Of a stretch of 49,654 nucleotides of DNA, positions 26,396 through 39,237 are shown in pieces. Each line of letters begins with the position of its first letter. Positions within the stretch are counted from its first letter, which is position 1. Made by a program: the position numbers and the translations under genes. The notes below the pieces were generated by a model. The model saw only the letters and a program-made list of their open reading frames with translations, was not told the origin of the DNA and ran no database searches. Source of the DNA: Welwitschia mirabilis (lineage: Eukaryota); NCBI GenBank assembly GCA_051453625.1, contig JBOZIK010000001.1:23473135-23522788 (forward strand), read 5' to 3'.

Positions 26396-29300
26396 TAGCA
26401 TCTATTTACATTTTACTTTGATATAGAAGTTAAATTAATTCTTAATGGCTTATCTTACAACTTTGAAAATATTAGTGAAGAGAATCTAAGATGAAGAAAT
26501 GAAGATCTATTTTAAATTCTCCCATCATAACAACTAAGAAGTAAAAATGAAGCTCATTTATTCTATCAAAGTATCCTTTCAAGGTGAAGTACTTTATGAT
26601 CAGAGTAGCCCAAGAATAAAAAGGCCTTAAAATATCTTTATTTTAATAGCTTTTTCCTCTTTCTCAAAAAGGTTTCCCTTTGAATCTTTTAAAGTTAGGT
26701 GCTATGGATGCTTTGGGAGCATCCCTTTTGAGCTTAGTACCTTGATGTCCTATGTTTATGGCATTAATAATAGATAGAATATCAATAAAAATGATAGTGT
26801 TACCTAGGTAGATCTTCCATTTCAGTTTTCAAATAACTCCTTTAAGAGATCTAGATCATAACCCCTAAGGCTTAGCAGATAAAATTCTCACCTATATCTA
26901 CCCAAGTCTAAACATGGTTTAATAGCATGTCATACCTAGCTAGTTCTATTCTCAAGGCCTTCTCCATATCTTCTAGCACATCAAGATTACTACAAGTACT
27001 TCCATGTGATTCTAATCCTTTTATCTAGTGTGGCTTAGATGCTCTTTGTTGTACATCATCCTCTAAGTCAAACTCAATTCTACTTACATGGTTTGAGCTA
27101 TCTCTTCTTTTATAGATATCGATTTCATCCAATTCTTTAATTTACTGAATAATTTTAATTTCAACATTGAGAGATAGATTTTTTTTTACTAAAAAGTAGT
27201 GTTACATCTATGTTTAAATAATATTTAACCTCCAATGATAATGAAGTTATTTTTATTAAAATAATTAAAGTTGTACAAGCTAATAAGATAAGAAATAGAT
27301 ATATTGAAGGGTCCTCATTAATCATTTACAAAAGAGAATTAAATGAACAAGTGATGTTAAGATATATTATCTTCATAACACATCAAATAATTCTAATCTA
27401 CTCTTAATTTCCTTTATATAAGCTTATCCATTATTGGAATGTAATCCTTTAACATATACGACCAAAACATATTAATTTGCTCTATAATATCAAGCTCCCA
27501 TGAATTTTTTCATTTGTAGTCATAATAGGAGATGCTTATTTTACCATTTTCAATTGAAAAAGTTTGATTTTTAAAAATCTGAGGCTAAACTTCTCTTATG
27601 GATCAAAGCATTTTCCGTCAAAAAATGAAGTATCTTTTTTTTCTTTGTAATCCACCTTAAAAACATTATCTAAGGGGTATTATTATTTGAATAAAATCTA
27701 TAATATTACTTAGTAAGAATGCATTTGCTTATGTATAAAGTTTTCTTATCTTAAGATTACTAATTGTTTTGGCATAGCTATTTGTTCAAAGTTAATAAAA
27801 TGAAGCCTCTTATGATATTACCACCTGACTATATAAAATTTCTAATAATGTTATTAATTAAGTTAATGAACATTTGGAAATTGTAAAGCACTAATTAGGG
27901 TATATGATCATGCCTATTAGACATGATTTATCTAGAAGAACTTTGATTGTACTTGAAACAAATTTGTTATTTTATCTACTCAATCATGCTATGATTATCC
28001 TTACCAAAGGAGGCTAAATATTTTTATCACTTTGATTAGAGTTAAGAGGAAAACTAAGATAGGCATCTAGAAAGTCTGTTAATAAACATTAAAAAATCTT
28101 CAATATGTTTAACTTACTTTTCTAGGGAGTTTTTATTAAGAAAAGCTCAAATTTATGCTAATTGATTATATGACCTATGAAATTGTATAGCTCATTTAAA
28201 ACACTATGAACTTGTTGTGCCATTAGAAGGTAAAATCAAGACACAAAAGGTTGTCATCTATAAACTAAAGAACTGAATAATAGGGAGTTAATTCCTTTAC
28301 AAAAATCTAATACTAATAAAATAATCTAACTAAAGAATTCATTACTAAAACAAACATCTAAGGAGAGAGAAAATCATCCTAGCAGAGGTCACTACTACTT
28401 TGAAAGTAGCCATATCACTTGTCATTGACAATAACAGAGAAGGTTGACATTGAGATGAAAAAGTGAATAAAACACCTTAGAGATGCAGGGATATTGTGCT
28501 CCTTTAATATTTAATTCATAGTTTTCCACTAAACTATGTTAAATGATTTGACTATACTGAGATTAAGAAACATCATAGGCTTATTTTTTCGGTGGTGTAA
28601 ATGAATAATTTCATTGTCTAGGATGATGTTATTATGTATGACTATTTTCAATATAAAACTAAATTGAAAAGGAAAAACCATACCTATAAGAAGCAATTTA
28701 AGCCTTTAATAATAATCTTAGAGCATATTTTATAGAAAACATTGCATAAGCTAATAGGATGATACTGATGGAGAATTTCTGCATCTTCTAATTTGGGAAT
28801 GAGAATGATGAGAGTATCATTGAAATATTTATAAAAAGTACCTTTTCTAAAATTTTATTGTACTGTAGGATAAACATATAATTTAATGATATCCTAGAAG
28901 GTATGATAGAATTCTACTATAAAATCATCAAGACTAAAAGATTGATTTTTTTTACATTGAATTAATTATATTTCTAATTTCATCCTCCATGACTCTTTGA
29001 CTTATGTAATATAATTACTCTTCTAAAATGGGAGGGCTAATTGTAATGTTTTCAAAATCCATTAGTTTTTCTGTGAAAAAGTTCTAGAAATATTTAACAA
29101 AAGAGTCTACGGTTTCTTTATTGGTTTTTTAGTGCATTATAAATGCATTTTATTATATGAGGTTATTTTACCTATGTCTATTAGATAATTGAAAAAATAA
29201 CTTTATATTATGATATCCTTTCTTTATCCATTAACTTTTAGATCTCTAGTTTCAATAGACTTATTCCTTAGAGAATATGTCATAAATTTGATAAATGAGA

Positions 29301-30210
29301 TGCTTTTTGTAATTTGTATCTCCATTAGTGGCCACATTAATATTTTGAATAACAATAAGATCTTTTAATAATTAATTTTTAATTTCCTGAAGTAGTCACT
29401 TAACTATCTCTTACAAAAGATTAGTCCATGCCTTAACATTTTCATCTTTTGAAGCAATGTATAAGTAAAAGTACCTTGTACCAAAGTGTTCCAAGTAAGC
29501 TTGAAAAAATTAATGAAGTTTGAATCTTTTAGTCATGGGTGCTCAAATTTAAAAATAGATTTTTCTAAGAAGAATCCATACTAAGAAATATAGATCTATG
29601 ATTAGGAAAAAAACTTGCTTTTTCTTTAAGAAAATAATGCTCATTTTAGTGTTTTGCAAGGCATCTATCAATTCTAGACATAACAAGATTAGCTTCTTCT
29701 CTAAGATTACTCTAAGTTACCCAATGCAAATAAATATCTTTGTATGCATAGTTATTAATAGAATCAGTAAAAATATTAGTAGTGGAGAGATTGGTAATAT
29801 TACTGAGTTTTTTTTTTAGGGCTGAAGATCTCATCTCCCATGATAATCTCCAGGGAGTTCGACATAATACATTGCAGGTATTGTAGTCTTTGATCAACAT
29901 TTTAAGGATTGTAGAAATTTGTAATTCCTCTTATTTTATCATTAAATATTTAATCAACTATGAGATAATCATTATCTTTGTTGATAGCCATGATGATACC
30001 ATGTTTTGAAAGAATCATCAATCCTTTTTTTATGTCAATACTCAGAACTAAGACAAAGGACTGAGATAACTTTGTTATAAAAAGACTAATTAGAATCCAA
30101 TTTTATTTTTTGAAAAAGACACATTGATACTAGTGAGTCCTTTAATAGACCCCAAAGATGAAATTTTTTTGGCCATCTCCAAGGCCTCTAAAATTCTAAG
30201 AAATAATCAT
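26396..30210 (-). mobile_element. L1-type LINE, near-complete degenerate ORF2, copy 2
   Basis: Endonuclease start MIIS*NFRGLG (ATG at 30210), IKDYN for GDFN (~29880-29895), YHPISLCNVFYKI (~28725-28768), L*FIDDNL (~28245-28272), zf-RVT region (~27330-27505), 3' end near 26400. Confidence 0.92.
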
Positions 30211-30369
30211 TAAGAGCAGAGGTAAGATTTTTTATCATCTCAGATATTCTCCTTCATCTTCTTCTCAATTTTACCTTTGCAAGTATTCATTTTGATTCTC
30301 CTATTCGACTATCCATGCTTTCTAGTTTTGCTTACTATTAGTGCATCAGTAACATGCTCTTCCATAACA

Positions 30370-31200
30370 TTACCATTTATTTATTGAAAATTTAAAAAAT
30401 AAGTGGGAATCTTACATTAGAGGAGTTGCATTTTATTTTTAAATTTTCATTTTTACCTAACATATTAGCTTAATTATTACATTAATTTAAGACCTTGATA
30501 ATTACTCATGTAATCAAAAAGTAAGCATAAAAATTAATGATTTCTTTTATCTAATTTTTTATATCAACTTTAAGTCATCAAACTAGTTAAAATCATTTTC
30601 TAACTTTTGAATTTTAGATTAAAATCTAGACCCCTTATCATATTTTGCTATTAGAAGAAAACATGCTTGCATTAGAAGCTACAGTAATTTTTTAGATTAT
30701 TGTTTATGTGCTAAGGATTAAAAAAATACAATAGTTATAAAATTTTAAATGTATTCTTAGAAGCTATGTAAGATAATTGATTGTTCTATAAAGGAAAATA
30801 ATGTTATGGAACATCAAAATAGAGGATGTATATTATGGTAAAAAGAACATCTATTACATGCTAACAATAAAGTACTTTAAAGGATTTAATTAAATGTAAA
30901 GGGCTTAATTTTTTATCTCAAATATATTTATTGAGGACATATTAACATATATTCACATTACTTGAGTGTTAAAATTCCAATTAATACTAGAAGATTGAAT
31001 AGTAAGATGAAAATTATCTTCACTTTTGGATATAAATAGGTAGATTGATTAGCATTGTTTAAGAATCTCACACTTGTATACTCAATTTGCTAGAATACAT
31101 TGAAGATGAAAAACATGTTTTTCTTTATTGTCCTTTCATTATTTTTGTGAAATGTAAATGGGTAATTGATGTGTTAACATTATATGGTCTATTCTAGTTA
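30370..31200 (+). mobile_element. RTE-X-like non-LTR retrotransposon, C-terminal remnant
   Basis: PYHILLLEENMLALEA (30633-30680), then HFWI*IGRLISIV*ESHTCILNLLEYIEDEKHVFLYCPF (31021-31137), which fits the H-x-L-x-I-E-x-G-R...C..C...EDExH...CP tail. This differs from the L1 zf-RVT seen elsewhere in the window. Confidence 0.6.
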
Positions 31201-31319
31201 TCCATTATCACTCTAAAATGTTTTACTAAATTTGTTTTAGAAATTTTTGAAATGTATATTTATCATGTCCAATAGATCCTATTCATATTTTTTATACATT
31301 ATAAAATAGTTTTATAAAT

Positions 31320-31600
31320 AAATTACTCATGATGCTATCAATCATATGTGGCTTCTAGTCGTAATTATTTATAAGGTAAAGGGGTTTATTTTGGTAAATC
31401 ATAAGATAAAGGAAAATGGAATATAAGTTGATTATCTTAATGAACTTAGATAACTTTATGTTTTAGGAATTTATATTGATGAAGACTTTGAACTACTTAT
31501 GATAATATTTAGTTATGATTTCTGTTATACATGATATGCAAGGTATAATTGTTGTTCAGTTACATGGGCTTCCTAGATCCATCACTAACATGAAAGAGTT
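31320..31600 (+). pseudogene. Small deleted Ty3/gypsy pol fragment (RNase H end and integrase core)
   Basis: GFILVNHKIKENG resembling F.IKHK.GKEN (~31380-31420) and VVQLHGLPRSIT matching VVRLHGLPRSIVSD (31551-31586). Confidence 0.5.
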
Positions 31601-33849
31601 ATTTCCTTAAAGGAAGAAGGATCCATGATAACTACACTCAATGCTTATCTTAGAGACATATATCTTCATTGTTATCCATGTGGCTTATACATATTTCAAT
31701 TATTAAGTCTGTAGAATTACATATTATATTTAATCCAACTTATAAGTACTACATAACTAAAGTGATGCAGAGATTCATGATTGGCTTAGATGATCTTTAA
31801 TGCCAAATAGTTAATTATCCAATATGATAATGCTAGTAACTTATTTATGTCTCCATATATCATTTGATAATTTCCCATAATGACATGTTAGTTATCACAT
31901 GTTTTAATTTTCTAAAATTAGTATAATTAGCATACTTCCATGCCAAAAAACTAGTTTTCATGAGTGATGTCATTTACACTAAAAGTTTTACATAATTATC
32001 CCTTAAACTTTAGTAAATTAATATATTTTCAAGGCTATAAATACCATATTTATAGCTAANNNNNNNNNNNNNNNNNNNNNNNNNNNNNNNNNNNNNNNNN
32101 NNNNNNNNNNNNNNNNNNNNNNNNNNNNNNNNNNNNNNNNNNNNNNNNNNNNNNNNNNNNNNNNNNNNNNNNNNNNNNNNNNNNNNNNNNNNNNNNNNNN
32201 NNNNNNNNNNNNNNNNNNNNNNNNNNNNNNNNNNNNNNNNNNNNNNNNNNNNNNNNNNNNNNNNNNNNNNNNNNNNNNNNNNNNNNNNNNNNNNNNNNNN
32301 NNNNNNNNNNNNNNNNNNNNNNNNNNNNNNNNNNNNNNNNNNNNNNNNNNNNNNNNNNNNNNNNNNNNNNNNNNNNNNNNNNNNNNNNNNNNNNNNNNNN
32401 NNNNNNNNNNNNNNNNNNNNNNNNNNNNNNNNNNNNNNNNNNNNNNNNNNNNNNNNNNNNNNNNNNNNNNNNNNNNNNNNNNNNNNNNNNNNNNNNNNNN
32501 NNNNNNNNNNNNNNNNNNNNTTAATATATTTTCAAGGCTATAAATACCACATTTATAGCTAAATTTTTACTAAGCATCTTATATCTATTAATTTCAAAAA
32601 TTGTTATTAAGAAGGGTTAACTTTTGATAATTTTATTAGTAAGTGATCTTAACCTTTCTAGACTTCCTTAAAGCTAATTTAATAAAAAGTATTAACTTCA
32701 CCATTAGTACTACTAGATCTACTAGTGTTTTGAGGCTAAATAGGTCCTATAAAATATGAAAGGCTAAATCAAGAATAAGTTAATAAATTAACCTCTATGA
32801 AAACTAAGAACTACATGTTTATTTTCTACCACCTAAGAATATTTGTCACTAACCATCTATTATAAAAATGATGTACTAATATATGTTTAAAGACCTAAGG
32901 AAATCTATAAAAGTAGAGCCTCCTTAAAAATTAAAGTTCATCCATTCATCTATCTATTGATCAGTTCATCGTTTATTTTAAAGACATTCATTATCAGAAT
33001 GCTACTCTTCAATTATTAGGTGAATATCTAAAATTTGGTTTGTATCATTATAATGTTCTAAGCCTTCCTCTTTCTCCTTGTTCATGAGAAAATTATTAAC
33101 ATAAGAGGCATCTATCTTGTTAGGCCCTAATACTTGATCTATAATAATTTGTTATTCTCTGTAATGTTTGCATCGTTGGTAAATGCACATTAAATCTATT
33201 GTTAGATCNNNNNNNNNNNNNNNNNNNNNNNNNNNNNNNNNNNNNNNNNNNNNNNNNNNNNNNNNNNNNNNNNNNNNNNNNNNNNNNNNNNNNNNNNNNN
33301 NNNNNNNNNNNNNNNNNNNNNNNNNNNNNNNNNNNNNNNNNNNNNNNNNNNNNNNNNNNNNNNNNNNNNNNNNNNNNNNNNNNNNNNNNNNNNNNNNNNN
33401 NNNNNNNNNNNNNNNNNNNNNNNNNNNNNNNNNNNNNNNNNNNNNNNNNNNNNNNNNNNNNNNNNNNNNNNNNNNNNNNNNNNNNNNNNNNNNNNNNNNN
33501 NNNNNNNNNNNNNNNNNNNNNNNNNNNNNNNNNNNNNNNNNNNNNNNNNNNNNNNNNNNNNNNNNNNNNNNNNNNNNNNNNNNNNNNNNNNNNNNNNNNN
33601 NNNNNNNNNNNNNNNNNNNNNNNNNNNNNNNNNNNNNNNNNNNNNNNNNNNNNNNNNNNNNNNNNNNNNNNNNNNNNNNNNNNNNNNNNNNNNNNNNNNN
33701 NNNNNNNNNNNNNNNNNNNNNNNNNNNNNNNNNNNNNNNNNNNNNNNNNNNNNNNNNNNNNNNNNNNNNNNNNNNNNNNNNNNNNNNNNNNNNNNNNNNN
33801 NNNNNNNNNNNNNNNNNNNNNNNNNNNNNNNNNNNNNNNNNNNNNTTTG

Positions 33850-34449
33850 CATCATTGGTAAATGCACATTAAATCTATTATTAGATCTATTTTATTCTTT
33901 TTTTATTAATTAATTAACATTATTAGTTATATAAGAGTTTATTTTTAATGTCTTTCATGGCCATAGATGATTGATATGTTAACTTATTATATCTTTCATA
34001 CCACCCTAGAATTTTCTACATTTCATTATAAGAAATAACATTTTTAATATTATGCTTTCACTACATGTGAAATTTGTAGTGGCTAAATTATTATTTATTT
34101 ATAAACCTAAGTTTTACTTAATAATATCTTTTATTTAGCAAGGGTTTGATTGATAAATTATCTTATAAATTATCATTTCTGATTTCTAGAATAAGATATT
34201 TGCTCTAATGAATTTACTACTTTTTGAACCCTTTCGAAATCTTTTTCTACTAAAGTGTGTACTTCAAACGTTATTTAATTCTTATAAGCTTTGAAATACC
34301 TTTGTATTTCTTGTGAGATAATGATAATTAGGGTTAACTATACTATAATAGAATGCCTAATTTATTTAGTTAAAAGTTCTACCTATGCCTTGATAGTTAG
34401 GGCACATCATTTGAAGAGTACAAATTACAATGGAAGTCAAGGTGTAACA
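33850..34449 (+). mobile_element. 3' part of the 5' LTR of Athila-like element C (left boundary uncertain)
   Basis: Ends GTAACA at 34449 just before a PBS. ttcttgtgagataatgata...tatacta (~34308-34346) resembles the Athila U5 motif tccctgtgggatcgata...tatacta. Confidence 0.55.
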
Positions 34450-34455
34450 ATATTT

Positions 34456-34473
34456 TAGTGCTATTACAAGGCA
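34456..34473 (+). promoter_or_regulatory. Decayed tRNA-Asp type primer-binding site of element C
   Basis: TAGTGCTATTACAAGGCA against TGGCGCCGTTGCCGGGGA: 8 differences, 6 of them C>T or G>A. It lies between the LTR end and gag. Confidence 0.6.
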
Positions 34474-35239
34474 TTGAAATTAGCGTTCCTTGGCTTGCTA
34501 ATAATTATTTTACATTGTAAAAATTTCTTCCTATTATATTTTTAAATCCTTTCTATCAAAAATATAAAAATAATTTTTTATATATTTTGTAGAAACTCAT
34601 TGAAACATAGAAGTGTGAATTTAGGAACATTTATCTTAGATCTATAGCATGTGACTTCACTTCTATCTAGGAGTGTTCTAATATTTTTCTTCCCTTGGAC
34701 ATTTCTTACTATAAATAGAATTGGTTTAAGTCTACTATCAAAATTCATAAAATCTATTTAGGAGTTTCGCTATTGGTAGGTACCTATGTGTTTTAAATGT
34801 AAAAATTTTAGAATTTAAAAATTATTTAATAAAATTTCCTATGTCAAATAGCATAACATTGCTCTTTGTTCTTTGTCTAACTTCCATAGCATACACTTTT
34901 ACATTTAACTCAAACTGCTACCACTAATATTTTTTTTTAGTTTCATCATTGTTTAAATCTTAAATTATTTATTTTGATAGTTTTCATTAATTTCTATTAA
35001 TAGTCTATCATATAAATCCTTTTATCAATCTTAAATTCTTATGGATCATTAGATTTGGTCTACTATTGGTTGACTTCATAGCGAAAGTAATTAAAAGTCA
35101 AAATACCAATCACTACTAAAAAACTTTGACATTAACCTTAACAAATAATGTTTAGAACCTATATTTCAAACCAGTGCAATCTTAACTAAAAATCCTAAGA
35201 TGTACTTTGGCAAAATTAATCATGTTTGAAATAGATAAA

Positions 35240-38149
35240 GATAATGTCCATTTAGAATCATCACCACCTAAGAAGACTTTAAAAGCACTATGGAAACTTG
35301 GATATTGAGCTACACATTTTTGTGTGTTTTTACCTCCTCACATAAACTAAATTAAAATAAGCCTAGCTATCATCAAATTATTGTCTAAATTTAATAGCAT
35401 AGATTTTAAATATTTCTATTGATATTTAAGAGAGTTTGAAGCTATAATTTTAATAATAAGAGATCAAGGTAAAGTAATAAGAATGAAACTTTCCCTCTTT
35501 TTTTTTTTAGAAGGAAAATCAAAATCTTGGTTAAATAATATAAAATCTAATTCAATTATGTAATTGAAATATTTCACACATGAGTCTTTGAAAAAGTACT
35601 TTATATCACACAAAACCAATTAACTTAGGGAAAAAATCATACACTTTTAAGAACAAGATAAAAACTTTTTCACAAGGATTTTGAGTGCTTTAAATTTCTA
35701 TTAAGAAGATGTCCATAACATGATTTAAATCTTGAAGATTACTAAGGTTTTTTTTAAAATGATTAACTACACAAAGTAGGTAACTGATACAAATGATGAG
35801 TGGTAGAAATTTCACATCTAAAAACCTAGATGAAGCATAAGATACCTTGGAAAAACATGGTAAAAAGTTCTAAAAACTAATAAACAGCTTCTAAAAACAT
35901 AGATGTAGCTAAATAACATTAGTCTTATAAGGACATCAAAGAAGGAATATATAAGTTAGATGAGGAAACAGAGTCATACAAAAAGTTAGATTACATCATT
36001 CAGGATTAGAGAGTCTTAAGGCATCTAAACCTCAAACAACTAGTAGTAGAGCTATGTGTTATATGTACATCTAATGAACATGAAAGTAGAAAGTGTCCAT
36101 CTATCCCACTCCACCAAGAGATAGTGACTAAATAAGAGATGTTATACAAGATTAAAAACCATTTTTAGATAACAACAATAAGAATCATCATTTCCTTATG
36201 AAGATTTATATAACTTAAATTAGCCACTTTAGTTTCTTATAGGAAACTATAACACCCTACCTTTAATTACCCTAATTAAGCACAATCTTTTTTTAACATT
36301 ATCAACTAACATGCACAATGGAACTTAGGATCAATTCCTAATTAGACCCTATTAAAACATTATAAGATTCAAAATAATTAAATGACATAATCACTACTTA
36401 ATTATAGATCCTTTTGTTTTGTATCTAAATTTAATGGGATGTTAAATTGTTTTATCACATACATGGATAAGTTTTAGAANNNNNNNNNNNNNNNNNNNNN
36501 NNNNNNNNNNNNNNNNNNNNNNNNNNNNNNNNNNNNNNNNNNNNNNNNNNNNNNNNNNNNNNNNNNNNNNNNNNNNNNNATATCTTAAAAACATAGGTGA
36601 AATCTCTAAAAACTAGAACAAAACTTTCTAAAAACAATGAAGTAGTTAAATAAGATTAATCTTCTATAACTTGGATCAGAAAACAAACTTAGAGATTAGA
36701 GAGTCCTTAGTTATCTACATCTCAACCAGCTAGTGGTGGAGCTAGATGTACTATATGTACCTCTAATGAACATGAAATAGGAGAATGTCCTTCTAGCCCA
36801 CTTTACAAAGAAGTAGTACTAAGTATATGAACATTATGCAAGCTAAGGAACTTATTTTTAGATAATAATAATAGAACCATTGTTTCCCTATGGAGATTCT
36901 TGTAACTCATATGACAAAAACCATCTTGATGTCTTAGTAGAACTTTATAAAAACAAAAAGTTAAAATTAAAAAAAAAAGAAAAAAGAAAAGAGAGAGAAG
37001 AAAAGAAAAAGAAACATCTACATTAAAAGCACCTATATAATCTTATAGTAGACCAATAGAGGACATTCTAAAATGATTCATAGAATTTCAATTAGCCAAT
37101 GATAATAACCAAGCTAAAATCAATAGTCAAAATGCTGAGACTATTTAACATCTAAAATAAGTAATACATTAACTTTATCAAATGACAATCCATTTATTAA
37201 CTGTGCTTAACTAGATCAAAAAGGATAATCTTCTATCCTACCTTGTTCTTAGCTGAAGGATGTCAATGTGATTAAAGATGAAGAAGAAGTTAAGGAAGTT
37301 AATGCTCTCTTACTTAGAAGTAATTCCTAGATAAATGAACATGTCCAACCATCCAAACAAGATCCTTTTATATATAACCTTAAACCTCAAATAATACTTA
37401 AAATTAAGAAATATGAATAGAATGTTATGGAGAAATTTAGATGCACATAATTGAGAAAGGCATCATTTTTCAAATGCCTTATATATTAGGAATGAAACAA
37501 CTTAAATAAACACACCTAAAGATATTTAAGTAAAAAGAAACATTATTCTTTTAGGTGCCATTAAATAAGTTTCTTCATACATTAAATTTCTTAAAGATAT
37601 GTTTATTATAAAGAGAAAAATAAATGCTAAGAAGAGTGCCTCCTTACCATAATAATTAATATAATAATTTAAATCAAAATTCCATCGAAGTTTAGAGATC
37701 TTAATTTTCCAACAATTTCATGTGTTATAACTAATAAGAGGATAAATGAAGTTTTACTATACTTGAGAGATAGTATGAATCTCATGCCTTATTCATTATA
37801 CAAAGAACTTAGATTAAAAGAACTAAAGAGAATAAGGATGACCTTGTAACTTATTAATTTGCTTAACTTATATCCATAAAGGAATAATATAAAATGTTTT
37901 ACTAGACATAGACAAATTTCATGATTTAGTAGAATTTTTAATTTTAGAGATGGAAGATAACTCAAGAGGGTTTTTACTTATCTTAAGAAGTTCATTCCTA
38001 GAAACCTCTAATTCTCTAATTAACTATAGAAATGAAGTAGTAAAGATGTTCTTTGGAAGCATAAATACAAGGTACAAGTTTTCAATGTTATGAGGAAGAA
38101 TTACATGGTTAAGCTAGAAAATATGAAGTGAGTTGAAATTAATAAATAT
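35240..38149 (+). pseudogene. gag: Degenerate Athila-like gag and aspartic protease (element C), cut by the Sirevirus insertion
   Basis: AIIKLLSKFNS...YLREFE (~35365-35440), RMKL...EGKSKSWLN (~35480-35540), zinc knuckles CVICTSNEHESRKC (36055-36096) and CTICTSNEHEIGEC (36747-36788), protease PSKFRDLNFPTISCVI...LLYLRDSMNLMPYS (~37680-37795) and LILRSSFLETSNSLINYRN (~37975-38033). Confidence 0.9.
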
Positions 38150-39237
38150 TGTTAGGATCAACTATCTTAAAGGGAAGGGGTGAATAGGATATCTTAGATG
38201 ATTTTTACAATTTAAATTTTTAACACAATGATGACACAAAGGAGCTTATAATATTTTGGAAGCAAATGAAATATCCAAGTTTTATACTAAATTATATATT
38301 GAAAAAAGATGAAAATAATTAATCACAATGAATTACTATTGAGATATAAAAGAGAAAGCATAATGTAATAAAAATAAGCTTATTTTTCTTTATTCCAAGT
38401 ATAGCCTCCAACCACACATTCAATGAAACTTAGTAGTAGTACTTCACTAATACAGTTAGAATTTCTCAGTAATCCTTAGACATAATACAAGCTAATTTAT
38501 CTCGATTACTTTACAATTTACTACAAAGTGATTGAAGATAGGAGAAAAGTATAGGAGAAGAATTAAGGATGCTTATAAAAAATGCTATAATGAATTTGAC
38601 AAAAGAACATTACTCACTACAATAGCTAAATTATTTATACAAAATAAAATTATAGCTTTTGTAGGTTAAGATGATAGGGAATGTTACTATTAAAACTTTT
38701 AAAAAGTTGTTTAGCCTCCCAAGATGCTATCCCAATGGTTGTAAATAGTTCATAATGGTTATATTTCTACTCATTATTAGACTAACGATCGACCTCTTTG
38801 ATGATCTAATCTATCCCTAAATAATTTCTTGACTAAAGATGTTTAACCTCTTACTAGAGTCAGTCAACCTCATGAGTTACATTTATGAATCTGTCTAAAG
38901 GTATTTGACCCTTAAATTTTTGTCAATTGATCGCAAGGTAGTTGACCCTTGTTTAGGAGCCATTCAACCAAAGGTTGAATCTTGCCATGTCTTAAAGAAA
39001 ATGTAGTCGACCCTGTGGAGAATGTTAATCAAATGCCTAAAGGTTTTTTCCAAGTTTACTTTAGGTTCTTCATGGTTTGATCTCTAACAATATTAACTAT
39101 TATCTTGTGATTCTAATGCCTTACTTACCTTCAATAGTATGTTTTATGCATCTATTTTATCCTATGGAAGCATTACTGCATTATTCATATAGGGTGAGTT
39201 TTGGTTTATCATCAACTAACAACTAGGAGGTACAACA
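38150..39237 (-). repeat. Sirevirus 3' LTR
   Basis: Minus-strand termini TGTTGTA...CCTAACA, preceded by PPT ...AATGAGGAGAT. TATA-like GTATAAATA at ~38632-38640 and TATTCACCCC motif near the 3' end. The LTR start is repeated at 39535 across a 10-N gap. Confidence 0.85.

Noticed and set aside
32700..33100. Possible RTE-type LINE fragment on the minus strand (NFRY, WM, FYRT)
   Set aside because: The motifs are too short and their spacing is unconvincing.
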